From a virus: a stretch of 64,000 nt of DNA. The position numbers and the translations under genes were made by a program. Of the stretch, positions 18,287-26,578 are shown one piece after another. The notes beneath the pieces were generated by a model. That model was not told the DNA's origin. It ran no database searches and worked only from the letters and a program-made list of their open reading frames with translations. Position 1 is the first letter of the stretch. Each line of letters opens with the position of its first letter. The stretch is taken from IMG/VR virus record IMGVR_UViG_3300047174_000111, positions 32,572-96,571 of that record, one strand, 5' to 3'.

Positions 18287-20437
18287 GTGACCGAACTAGC
18301 CAAGCACGTGCCGGGCGCGCCTCTCACCGATGCGGAGCGGCAGCAGCGGCGCGACGCGGCGCGGGCGCGGTGGGCTGCCGTCGGTGCCGGCGCTGCTGGG
18401 GCGGCGGGTGCCGCAGCGGCGCATTTCGGCACCAAGGCCGTACGTGCCTACGTACTTGGACGCATCAGGACGGCCCATGGCCCGGTCCGGGCCGAAAATG
18501 CGCGCCACGCCACCGTGACCCGCGCTCTGGCCGCGCACGAGAAGGCCGCGCTATCGGCGATCCGCAAGTGGCCCGTCCCGCCGGCGCGCGCCATGCTCCG
18601 GCACGACGTCCACACCAGACTGCGTCAGATGCGTCAGATGCCGTCCGAAGTGATGGGCGTCGATCCGGAGACCGGCGAGGATATTCACGGACCGGTCGAC
18701 CAGGAGGCGGCCGAGCGCATCGCGGGCGAGATCGAGCAGCGTCGCGCCCGCCTCGCGCAGCTGGCCGACGCCAAGCCGCCGAAGCGTCAGCCCCGCAAGG
18801 CCACGATCGCCAAAGTGCCGCGCGCCCATACCAGGGAGATCACCGTCAAGGATCGCGAGAGCGATGAGGCGCGCGCGGCCCGGCTCCGCAACCTCGATGC
18901 GCGGCACGAAGGCCTGCTCGATCAGTTCGAGCGCAACGGCGCCACGCCGGACGAGCTGGAGGAACTGCGGGGTAAGCTGGCGGCGAAGCGCGCGCTGATC
19001 GCTGCCAAGCCTGTTCGCGTGCGCGGCGCGAAGAAGACGATACCCGTTGGGTTCGAGCGTACTTCGGATGCCGCGAAGGTCAAGCGCAGGGCCACGACGG
19101 CGCGAAGGCAGGGCACGCCGGATGACAAGGCCCTGAAGCAGCTCCGCGACGAACTGCGAGACCGGGTGGCCGGCGAGATGCACCCGCGCAAGTGGTCCGA
19201 GCTGTCGCGCCACCTGACCGCGCTGGGACCGGCGCAAGACAGCTTCCGCGCCACGGCTGCGCCACTTGCCCGCTGGGCTCTCCCGACCCGCACGACACGC
19301 CGCGGCCTGATCGGGCTCGGCCTCGGGCTGAGCGCGCTGGGCGGCTACTATGCGGGCCGCGAGCTGGGCAAGTCGGCCGACCGTCTCCTGGCCGCCCCGG
19401 CTGAGCTGCTGGCGAAGGCAGCGCCCGATGGTACGACCGATGCGACCGACGCCGCTGACACGATCGCCGCGGCCGGCCTCGCGGCGCAGGAAACGATGGC
19501 TGAGCGTCTCGCCGAGACCTTCCGGCACTGGAAGGACGACGTGACGCCGACGCTCCTCGACGACGAGCCACTCAGCCTGCTCGACGCGTTTCAGACCGGA
19601 GCGGCGAACGCCTACGCGCCGATCGGCGACGCGATGCGCGCCGGGGCGGCTGCAACGGTGCCGGTCACCCAGGAGAGCGACGGCGGCCGCCAGCGCACGC
19701 TGGTGTTCAATTTGGGGCAGGTCCGCAACCCGCTGGTCGAGGCCTACATCGACCAATACCGCAAATCCAAGATCGCCGAGCTGACGGCGGAGCAGCAGGA
19801 GGCGGTGACCAACCATCTGATCGACGCTGCGCGGACCGGCGCGTCTCCAGACGAAATGGCGCGCCGCATCCGCCAGACTGTCGGCCTGACGTCCAACCAG
19901 TCCGCCCAGGTCCTCGCCTACCGGCGCGAGCTGGAGCAGCTCCAGGGCAACGCGCTGAACCGCAAGCTGCGCGACCAGCGCTATGACCGCACCGTCCTCA
20001 AGGCCATGACATCCGGCAATTCGCTCACCACGGCGCAGATCGACGCCATGGTGGATGCCTACCACCGGCGCTATCTCGCCTACCGGGCCATGACGATCGC
20101 GCGCACCGAGGGCGTGGGCGCGGCGAACAACGGGCACATGGCGGCGCTGCAGCAGACGCTCGACGCCAACCCGGACATGGAGGTGGTGAAGCGCTGGATC
20201 GCCAAGCTGGACGAGAAGACGCGGCCGGATCACCGGGTGCTGAATGGGCAGATCGTGGTGGGCTTCATGACCTCGTTCAAATGCCCAAGCGGTGACGTGA
20301 TCCGATGGCCGGGCGATCAGCAGGCGCCGGCCAGAGCGGTGATAAATTGCAGATGCACCATCGCAACGATGCTTGTGCCCAAAAAGAGCGCGGCGCAGTT
20401 TGTCGCCGACGATCCTACGAAAGGCGGCGCGACGTGA
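18287..20437 (+). CDS. MuF (gp7-like) minor head protein with long N-terminal extension
   Basis: RAMTIARTE...KRW...D.KTR.DH..LNGQ...PGD...INCRC. Confidence 0.9.
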   Translation: MTELAKHVPGAPLTDAERQQRRDAARARWAAVGAGAAGAAGAAAAHFGTKAVRAYVLGRIRTAHGPVRAENARHATVTRALAAHEKAALSAIRKWPVPPARAMLRHDVHTRLRQMRQMPSEVMGVDPETGEDIHGPVDQEAAERIAGEIEQRRARLAQLADAKPPKRQPRKATIAKVPRAHTREITVKDRESDEARAARLRNLDARHEGLLDQFERNGATPDELEELRGKLAAKRALIAAKPVRVRGAKKTIPVGFERTSDAAKVKRRATTARRQGTPDDKALKQLRDELRDRVAGEMHPRKWSELSRHLTALGPAQDSFRATAAPLARWALPTRTTRRGLIGLGLGLSALGGYYAGRELGKSADRLLAAPAELLAKAAPDGTTDATDAADTIAAAGLAAQETMAERLAETFRHWKDDVTPTLLDDEPLSLLDAFQTGAANAYAPIGDAMRAGAAATVPVTQESDGGRQRTLVFNLGQVRNPLVEAYIDQYRKSKIAELTAEQQEAVTNHLIDAARTGASPDEMARRIRQTVGLTSNQSAQVLAYRRELEQLQGNALNRKLRDQRYDRTVLKAMTSGNSLTTAQIDAMVDAYHRRYLAYRAMTIARTEGVGAANNGHMAALQQTLDANPDMEVVKRWIAKLDEKTRPDHRVLNGQIVVGFMTSFKCPSGDVIRWPGDQQAPARAVINCRCTIATMLVPKKSAAQFVADDPTKGGAT

Positions 20438-20524
20438 GCCTAGCCGTGCCGAGGTAGGCGGAACAGATGGACCGCGATCTTTGGCGGGGGCGCCGCTGAT
20501 GGACGCGACGGGTTTTGTGAGCGC

Positions 20525-20854
20525 ATGATGATCGAGCGAATCGGCGACACGGACGTGGTGCACGGGTTGGATGGAACCATCTGTCCCGCCCCAACCCCAA
20601 GGCGCTTCATCAGGTCAGTGCTCGAACGTCTCGATGCTGACATGGAGGCCGAGTATCGGCACCTCACCGAGCGCGGAATGCCAGCGGGCGAAGCGATGGC
20701 GGAAGTACAGCTGCGGTTCGCGTGGTCACGCCAGCGTCTCGCCAGTGGTCTGGCCGACGAGATGGCACGATTGCCTGTTCCGCCGCTTGTTCTGACCCGG
20801 GAGCAGGCAGAGGAGTGGGGACTGCCAATCAAGCCGAAAGGAGACGCTACATGA
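20525..20854 (+). CDS. hypothetical protein
   Basis: 109-aa ORF, ATGA-coupled to next gene. Confidence 0.55.
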   Translation: MMIERIGDTDVVHGLDGTICPAPTPRRFIRSVLERLDADMEAEYRHLTERGMPAGEAMAEVQLRFAWSRQRLASGLADEMARLPVPPLVLTREQAEEWGLPIKPKGDAT

Positions 20855-21303
20855 ACGACGCCGAGCGCCGCTTCTGCCACGATCTGGCCAAGGCCGTGAC
20901 CAGCTCGGGCACCTACACCTACCAGGGCGAGGCGACGGCCGGCGGGATCGGCTCGATCTTCCGCGGCTCCTCGCCGTCGCCCTGGGGGCTGCGCGCCGCG
21001 TCCCGCCTCAGTGGGCTGCGATCCAAGCATGTCGCGGGCTCGGCGCAGTCCCAGTCTCTGCTGGTCGGCCAGGCGGTGCGGGCGATCCAGCGCGGCAAAC
21101 GCACCTCGGGTCACGCGATCCGCCAGCTCGCCGCCAGCACGGCGCGCCGCGCGCCCGTGGTGTCCACGGCGGCGCCCGGGCAGGCGCTGAAGGGCTCTGG
21201 GGGGTCAGGCTATACCGGGGCGCCGGCGACGCAGCTGGGCCAGCAGCAGACCCAGGGGAACTACATCAAGCCGCCGACGCCGCCCCAGCCTCCAACGCCG
21301 TAG
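20851..21303 (+). CDS. small basic putative head protein
   Basis: AAGGAG RBS; MNDAERRFCHDLAK|A leader. Confidence 0.6.
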   Translation: MNDAERRFCHDLAKAVTSSGTYTYQGEATAGGIGSIFRGSSPSPWGLRAASRLSGLRSKHVAGSAQSQSLLVGQAVRAIQRGKRTSGHAIRQLAASTARRAPVVSTAAPGQALKGSGGSGYTGAPATQLGQQQTQGNYIKPPTPPQPPTP

Positions 21304-21311
21304 AGGTTGGA

Positions 21312-21815
21312 CTACGCGGCTCCAGGGCCGGGCGGTATGGGCATCCAGTGCGTCAGGTCGTGCACACGGAAGGTGCTATCGGCCTCGGCACAACGCTGCC
21401 GAAAATGTCCGCAGTCGTCATCATCTGACCACTGCACCCAGGCAAGCCGCGTCTCGCCGTCCCAGGCGTCGAACCACGAGCCGTCCTTGGGCGCGGTCGC
21501 GATCGGCCGCCAGCACCGCGCACCATACCGATCGAGGACCATTTCCAGCGCCTCCTCGGGCCGCTGGTCAACTGGAACCAGGACGTCACGGAACGTTGGC
21601 GGCTCGTTGCCATGACACCATGTCTTCCGGACGTACGTCTCCGTCGTGATCGAAGCTTTGACGTAGCACCAAGCCGGTTGGCCGGTCACGAGCGCAGCTG
21701 TCTCATACGTCGTGAAATAATGCGTGACTAAGCGGCGATCACGACGGATCGGCAGCGTCTCGCCGTCTTTGTGACCGCCGATGCACAGCAGGTGTTCAAC
21801 CTCGTCAGTGGCCAT
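21312..21815 (-). CDS. DUF551-like protein
   Basis: WRPIATAPKDG...THWMPIP. Confidence 0.75.
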   Translation of the reverse strand: MATDEVEHLLCIGGHKDGETLPIRRDRRLVTHYFTTYETAALVTGQPAWCYVKASITTETYVRKTWCHGNEPPTFRDVLVPVDQRPEEALEMVLDRYGARCWRPIATAPKDGSWFDAWDGETRLAWVQWSDDDDCGHFRQRCAEADSTFRVHDLTHWMPIPPGPGAA

Positions 21816-22065
21816 CGATCGCCATCCTGATCTGTCTGTAATGCTCGGGCGCGCAGTAGATGACACCGTTTTCCCGATCATAGATCGGGTCCGCCGGCTT
21901 TGTCTTGGGGACGGCCATCACGATCCAAGGGTCGATCGGCAGCCAGCGAGACAGCCACAGGATAAGCGGGTGCCCCGGGATGCGCTTCTCGGTGAAGCCG
22001 TCCAGCACGCGCGGCAGCAGATCGGTGACGCGGACCTGGATGCCGCCGAAGGGCTCGCGCGTCAT
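21805..22065 (-). CDS. hypothetical protein
   Basis: coupled within minus-strand operon. Confidence 0.55.
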   Translation of the reverse strand: MTREPFGGIQVRVTDLLPRVLDGFTEKRIPGHPLILWLSRWLPIDPWIVMAVPKTKPADPIYDRENGVIYCAPEHYRQIRMAIDGH

Positions 22066-22460
22066 GTTGCGACCTTCGCCGGCGGCTTCACGTCCTGCTT
22101 CAGCTCGCCGCACAACCCGATCTTCGGGACGTGGTGGGCGCAGATTCCGTCCTGTCCTGGCTCATACACGACGCAGGGCGAATACGGCCGGCGGTCATAG
22201 ATCCCGCATCGCCCGTCGGGCTGCAGCTCGGTGCAACGGAAGTTCCAGACCCATCCTTGTCGGGGGTCGTGTATCATGCCGATCGGAACAAACGGTAGGC
22301 CGTAGGCAATCCGGCCACCGAGCACAGCCTCTTCGTAGGGATAGTCGTCAAGCAGCGTGGTCACGCTTTCAGCGGTGGGCCAATCGAGAACGTTCAAAGT
22401 GCTGAGCGTGAAACCGCGGCAGCACCGGCCAGGATCGCGGCATGTGTCGCACGCGCTCAT
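22062..22460 (-). CDS. YkgJ/CxxCxxCC cysteine-cluster protein
   Basis: CDTC...CC...CTEL..DGRCGIYDRRP..C. Confidence 0.8.
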   Translation of the reverse strand: MSACDTCRDPGRCCRGFTLSTLNVLDWPTAESVTTLLDDYPYEEAVLGGRIAYGLPFVPIGMIHDPRQGWVWNFRCTELQPDGRCGIYDRRPYSPCVVYEPGQDGICAHHVPKIGLCGELKQDVKPPAKVAT

Positions 22461-22711
22461 GTGCCGATCTCGCAAAGCTTGCGCTTTTCGATCTCCGCCT
22501 TTTCCAATTCCTCAAGGGCATGCCGAACCTCGACAGCGACTTGGGCGCAAAATCTCAAGTCGCGGACCCCTGTGGATGACGTTGGCGCGAAATGTTTTTG
22601 CAACACCGTGAATACGGTAGCCTCTACCCTCATCGCGTGACGGTCGCTGGCCGAGAATTCCCTTTTACCCCATCCGGCGGGGCGCAGGGTGTTGGCGGTA
22701 AGATCGATCAT
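22457..22711 (-). CDS. hypothetical protein
   Basis: ATGA-coupled on both sides. Confidence 0.5.
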   Translation of the reverse strand: MIDLTANTLRPAGWGKREFSASDRHAMRVEATVFTVLQKHFAPTSSTGVRDLRFCAQVAVEVRHALEELEKAEIEKRKLCEIGT

Positions 22712-22896
22712 GGCTTGGCTCGCATCACGAACTCGCCACATGCAGGCGTCGTGGCGGAAACATCTGGCCGCGTGACGTAAGGCGTGTAGAGGACTGGTTG
22801 TTGATTATCACTAGGCCACAGCACCATTTGCGGCGGGTACCTGTAGCACTGGCCAGCAAGTTTATATTTGCATTCGCCGCATGTATTATTGCTCAT
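22708..22896 (-). CDS. small Cys-rich protein
   Basis: CGECKY...CYRYPP...CGEF. Confidence 0.65.
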   Translation of the reverse strand: MSNNTCGECKYKLAGQCYRYPPQMVLWPSDNQQPVLYTPYVTRPDVSATTPACGEFVMRAKP

Positions 22897-22986
22897 GTCG
22901 ATTTCTTCTCCAGGGTGCGCTCGAAAGGCCGAAGCATGTCAGCATACAGCTCCAGACGCGCTGCTGGAACGGGCGTTCATCAGGCC

Positions 22987-23481
22987 TCACTCGCATCCTT
23001 TCCCAACGGTTTCGCCGTTCGGCCCAGCCGTGAAATCGCGCCAGTGCCGCCAGCCTTGAGGGCAGTGAAACCCCCAGGCGCGGATCTTCGGGCCGGTGAC
23101 GAACAGCGTGACGACCGGCTCGTAACCAGACCTAGCGTCGGCGTCAGGGCCGCCCAGCAAGAGCTGAATGCGATGCGCGGCCCACGGCGACCGGAACACG
23201 AGCGCTCCCTCGTCCCGGAAATGAATCATGTCCGGCGTGTGCTCGAAGTACGAGCCCTTCAGGATCCATGAAAGGCACGCCCAGGGATGGTCGTGCAAAG
23301 CCCTGTCGTCGTCGGACCTGAGGAATTTGTGCAGATAGATGTTGCACAACCACCTGCACCTGAAGACATGCCAGCGCTCCAGATACGGACTACCGTCATG
23401 ACCGATCACGACGTCCGGGGGACGCGCATCCAGGACTTGCAGGGCGCGTCGCGTCAGCCGGTCCCGCAGAAACGCCCTCAT
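22987..23481 (-). CDS. phage cupin-like protein
   Basis: YLERW...LHKFLRSDDDRALHDHPW...GSYFE...HRI...WGF. Confidence 0.75.
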   Translation of the reverse strand: MRAFLRDRLTRRALQVLDARPPDVVIGHDGSPYLERWHVFRCRWLCNIYLHKFLRSDDDRALHDHPWACLSWILKGSYFEHTPDMIHFRDEGALVFRSPWAAHRIQLLLGGPDADARSGYEPVVTLFVTGPKIRAWGFHCPQGWRHWRDFTAGPNGETVGKGCE

Positions 23482-23552
23482 TCGTCCCTCCGCGAGAAAC
23501 CCCGGCCTTCAGGCCGGGGAGGGATAGCGGTTCGCGCGACAGCGCGAAGACC

Positions 23553-23581
23553 TTGACGGCGCATCGAATGCCTTCCATACT
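23553..23581 (+). promoter_or_regulatory. tnpB promoter (likely leaderless mRNA)
   Basis: TTGACG-17nt-CATACT, 7 nt before ATG. Confidence 0.7.
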
Positions 23582-23588
23582 TGACGGC

Positions 23589-24665
23589 ATGAAGCTCGTA
23601 GCTGCCGTGAAGATGATGCCAACGACCGAGCAGGCCGCGTGCCTGACGGCGACGCTGGCGCGCTGCAACGAGGCGTGCTCGTGGCTGGCCGGTATCGGTT
23701 TCGACACGAAGACATTCCGGCAATACGACCTGCACAAAGCTACCTATGCGGAACTGCGCACCCGCTTCGGATTGACCGCGCAAGCCGCCGTGCGATCCAT
23801 CTCCAAGGTCGCGGACGCCTTCAAGGTCAACCGCGATGTCGCGCCTGTCTTTCGAGCCGATGCGGCACAGCCCTACGACGACCGCATTATCCGTTTCGTT
23901 AAGGATGGCAGCGCGGTCAGCCTGTGGACGCTGGAAGGCCGCATGGTGGTTCCCATCGTGATGGGCGAACACCAGAAGCGGCTGATGGTATTCCGCAAGG
24001 GCGAAGTTGACCTGTGCCTCGTGCGCGGGAAATGGATGCTCGCCGCGACATGCGACATTCCCGAGACCGACGAGTTCAAGGCCGAAGACTGGCTGGGCGT
24101 CGATCTTGGCATCGTCTCGCTGGCCGTGGATAGCGACGGCGCGACCTACAGCGGGGCCGAAGTGGAGCGTGTCCGCCGCCGCCAGCAAAAGCGCCGGAGC
24201 GGGTTGCAGAAGTGCGGCACCAAGGCCGCCAAGCGGCGGCTCCGCAAGCTGGCGGGAAAACAAGCGAGGTTTCAGAAGCACACCAACCACTGCATCGCTA
24301 AGGCTGTCGTGATGGACGCTGAACGCACTGGACGCGGGATTGCCCTCGAAGACCTCAAGGGTATCCGTAGCCGGGTTACGGCTCGCAGCAACCAACGCGC
24401 ACGATTGGGGAATTGGGGTTTCGCACAGCTTGGCGCATTCGTCTCCTACAAGGCGAAGCGCGCTGGCGTCCCCGTGGTCTTTGTCGATCCGCGCAATACA
24501 TCCCGGCAGTGCCGGGAATGTGGATGCATCGACAAGAAGAACCGAACCAATCAAGCCAACTTCTCCTGTGTTTCGTGTGGGCACCAAGCGCCCGCCGATC
24601 TCAACGCGGCCCGGAATATTCGGGCCAAGGCTTCTGTAACCAAGCCCTGTGTTCTGGCCGCCTAA
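23589..24665 (+). CDS. tnpB: RNA-guided endonuclease TnpB
   Basis: RuvC GVDLG / IALEDL / ADLNAA intact; CRECG...CVSCG zinc ribbon. Confidence 0.95.
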   Translation: MKLVAAVKMMPTTEQAACLTATLARCNEACSWLAGIGFDTKTFRQYDLHKATYAELRTRFGLTAQAAVRSISKVADAFKVNRDVAPVFRADAAQPYDDRIIRFVKDGSAVSLWTLEGRMVVPIVMGEHQKRLMVFRKGEVDLCLVRGKWMLAATCDIPETDEFKAEDWLGVDLGIVSLAVDSDGATYSGAEVERVRRRQQKRRSGLQKCGTKAAKRRLRKLAGKQARFQKHTNHCIAKAVVMDAERTGRGIALEDLKGIRSRVTARSNQRARLGNWGFAQLGAFVSYKAKRAGVPVVFVDPRNTSRQCRECGCIDKKNRTNQANFSCVSCGHQAPADLNAARNIRAKASVTKPCVLAA

Positions 24666-24707
24666 TAAGCAGCACGGAAAAGCCCCTCCCTTCAGGGAGG
24701 GGATCGG

Positions 24708-24917
24708 TTACTGTCGCGCTGCCTTCTTGAGGCGGGCAATGACACCCTTCCGGATCCCGATTTTCTGATATGACGCAGGAATGCGCGTCACGGCGCCGGT
24801 CTCGGCGTGGCGGAGCTGCATGTGGCCCTGGCTGTTTCGCCCGGTGGGCCTCCAGCCGTGCTCTCGTGCGATGGCGAGCACCTCGCGCTCGTCCCGGTTC
24901 GCGCAGCTTCCGCTCAT
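24708..24917 (-). CDS. HicA-like small protein
   Basis: REVLAIAREHGW.....QGHMQLRH...G..TRIP; ATGA-coupled start. Confidence 0.6.
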   Translation of the reverse strand: MSGSCANRDEREVLAIAREHGWRPTGRNSQGHMQLRHAETGAVTRIPASYQKIGIRKGVIARLKKAARQ

Positions 24918-25219
24918 GCGTCGCGGAGCCTTTCGGGGAGCCGCCATCGAGGTGGTCCCTTCGAGACTAGGTTCACCGCGTGGTACCCGCAGGGATGAGG
25001 CGTCAGCGTGATCTGACCTCCGCACCACTCGCACTGGACGTGCTGGCGCTCGGCGGTCGGATCGAACGGCGTGTTCCCGCAGCAGAAGCCGCACATCATG
25101 GTTGCGATCTTGTCGCGTTCATACTGCTTCTGCGCCGCGCCATATCGCTCCAGATAGGCCATGGTGCGTTGCATGACGGAGGCGCGCCTCGGCGGCGGGG
25201 TAAACGGCGGGTCGATCAC
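24914..25219 (-). CDS. zinc-ribbon protein
   Basis: CGFC...CEWCG; GAGG RBS. Confidence 0.55.
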   Translation of the reverse strand: MIDPPFTPPPRRASVMQRTMAYLERYGAAQKQYERDKIATMMCGFCCGNTPFDPTAERQHVQCEWCGGQITLTPHPCGYHAVNLVSKGPPRWRLPERLRDA

Positions 25220-25345
25220 ATCAAAACCTCATCGATGACTGCGGTGGCCCTGAAATAACATCTGGACCACAGCAGCGCCACATCATAATGTGTCGACGCG
25301 GCGCACGTCGGATGGCTGCCAGGGCGGTCGGTGCGGACTGATCCT

Positions 25346-25437
25346 GGCCACGCGTCGGCAGGCGTGGCCGCAATACTGGGCTGTTTCCTCCCAACCTTGG
25401 CCGGCCCGGTTATGTGACACCCGGGCCGGCCTTTTTT
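25346..25437 (+). ncRNA. SuhB/MmgR (alpha-r8)-like small RNA; 5' end uncertain
   Basis: GGGCTGTTTCCTCCC-AACCTTG immediately followed by terminator stem and T6. Confidence 0.65.
25399..25437 (+). terminator. intrinsic terminator
   Basis: GGCCGGCCCGG/CCGGGCCGGCC stem + TTTTTT. Confidence 0.85.
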
Positions 25438-25452
25438 GTTGCGCCGCTCGAT

Positions 25453-25462
25453 GCGGGGACCA
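25453..25462 (+). promoter_or_regulatory. late-gene motif GCGG[GC]GACCA (other copies 37295, 39000, 44076, 45768, 50378, 56202)
   Basis: seven intergenic copies, each upstream of a virion gene. Confidence 0.7.
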
Positions 25463-25504
25463 AGACGCGGTTGAGCCGCTCCAAGACCCTGGAGCGCGCC
25501 CCGC

Positions 25505-26578
25505 ATGACAGACGCCGAGCTCGAAGAATTCCTGCGCGCGCGTTTGGCCTCGCCACAGGATCACATGACCGCGGCGCACATCATTGGCGACCTGGTCAAG
25601 CTCGCGCCGCTGTTCGCCGATGCTGAAACGCTGCCCGGCGCGAAGGCGACGCTGGAGCGCTGGCAGGCCGAGGGCGGTGAGCTGCGCAAGGGCATCGCAA
25701 CGGCGTGGCTGGCGCGGGCGCGCGGCGCGCTGGAGGCCGGCGCGGAAAAGGCCGGGGAGCTGGGCGCGAAGGCCGGAGCGGCGATCGAGCCGCATTCCCC
25801 GGCCGGGCGGGACATGCGCGACTACGCCGGCGGCCTGAAAGGACGTCCGACCACATCGGCCGGCAAGAAGATGGAGGCGGACGCGGCCGACTACGGTCGC
25901 CGGACCGCCGATGCAGCGTCTCGGCTTCGGGCCGCCCTTCGTCCGCACGAGGAGGCGCAGCACCAAGCTGATCTGCATGCGGGACGTACGGGCCGCAGTC
26001 ACGCGACCGACGTCCGCCAGGGCCGGGCGGCCCGCGCGGACGACGAGTGGGTCAACGCCGGCGCGCGCCACTCGCGCCAGCGATCGATCGCGGCGCATCA
26101 GGATGCGTACGCCCGGATGGGCCGCACCGCGGCGAAGTTCGGGTTCAAGGCCGGCCTCGCCGTGGCAGGCGCGGGCACTGCGGCCGGCGCGGCGGCGGGG
26201 GCTCACGCCATGCTGTCCGATGCCCAGCGCAAGGAGCGCGTCTCGGCCGCCAAGGCGCGCTGGTCGCATCAGGAGAGCATGAACAAGGCGGCGGCCCGTG
26301 ATGATCTCGCGAAGCTCAATCTCGTCAGCGCGGCCCGCAATGTCGTGCGCGGCGCGCGTCTCGGGATGAAGGCCTACCGCGCGGTCGACACGCTGAAGGC
26401 CGCAGCCTCGGGTGTGGGTTCAGCCAGCGACATCGCCCGCGCCACGAGGCCGATGGACCGGCGCGCTTTCATCCAGGGCGCGGCCACTTCGGCACTGAAA
26501 TCGGCTGCGAAATCCTCATCGCTCGCGAAGCATCCGATCGCGCGCGTAGCGATAAAGGCAAGCGAGGCAATGTCATGA
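25505..26578 (+). CDS. Ala/Arg-rich putative internal head protein
   Basis: upstream of protease; DLVK|, MNK|A, DLAK| sites; Gly/Ala hydrophobic segment. Confidence 0.65.
   Translation: MTDAELEEFLRARLASPQDHMTAAHIIGDLVKLAPLFADAETLPGAKATLERWQAEGGELRKGIATAWLARARGALEAGAEKAGELGAKAGAAIEPHSPAGRDMRDYAGGLKGRPTTSAGKKMEADAADYGRRTADAASRLRAALRPHEEAQHQADLHAGRTGRSHATDVRQGRAARADDEWVNAGARHSRQRSIAAHQDAYARMGRTAAKFGFKAGLAVAGAGTAAGAAAGAHAMLSDAQRKERVSAAKARWSHQESMNKAAARDDLAKLNLVSAARNVVRGARLGMKAYRAVDTLKAAASGVGSASDIARATRPMDRRAFIQGAATSALKSAAKSSSLAKHPIARVAIKASEAMS

Larger units (their letters stand above)
23494..24711 (+). mobile_element. IS200/IS605-family tnpB-only (IS1341-like) element
   Basis: subterminal hairpins CCCCGGCC-TTCA-GGCCGGGG (23500-23519) and CCCCTCCC-TTCA-GGGAGGGG (24683-24702); TTAC right end; no tnpA; ends +/-1 nt. 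Confidence 0.85.

Noticed and set aside
23535-23545. IS left-end hairpin sequence GCGCGACAG is complementary to the right junction/guide start
   Set aside because: Only 9-11 nt in GC-rich DNA and part of a normal left-end hairpin; likely chance
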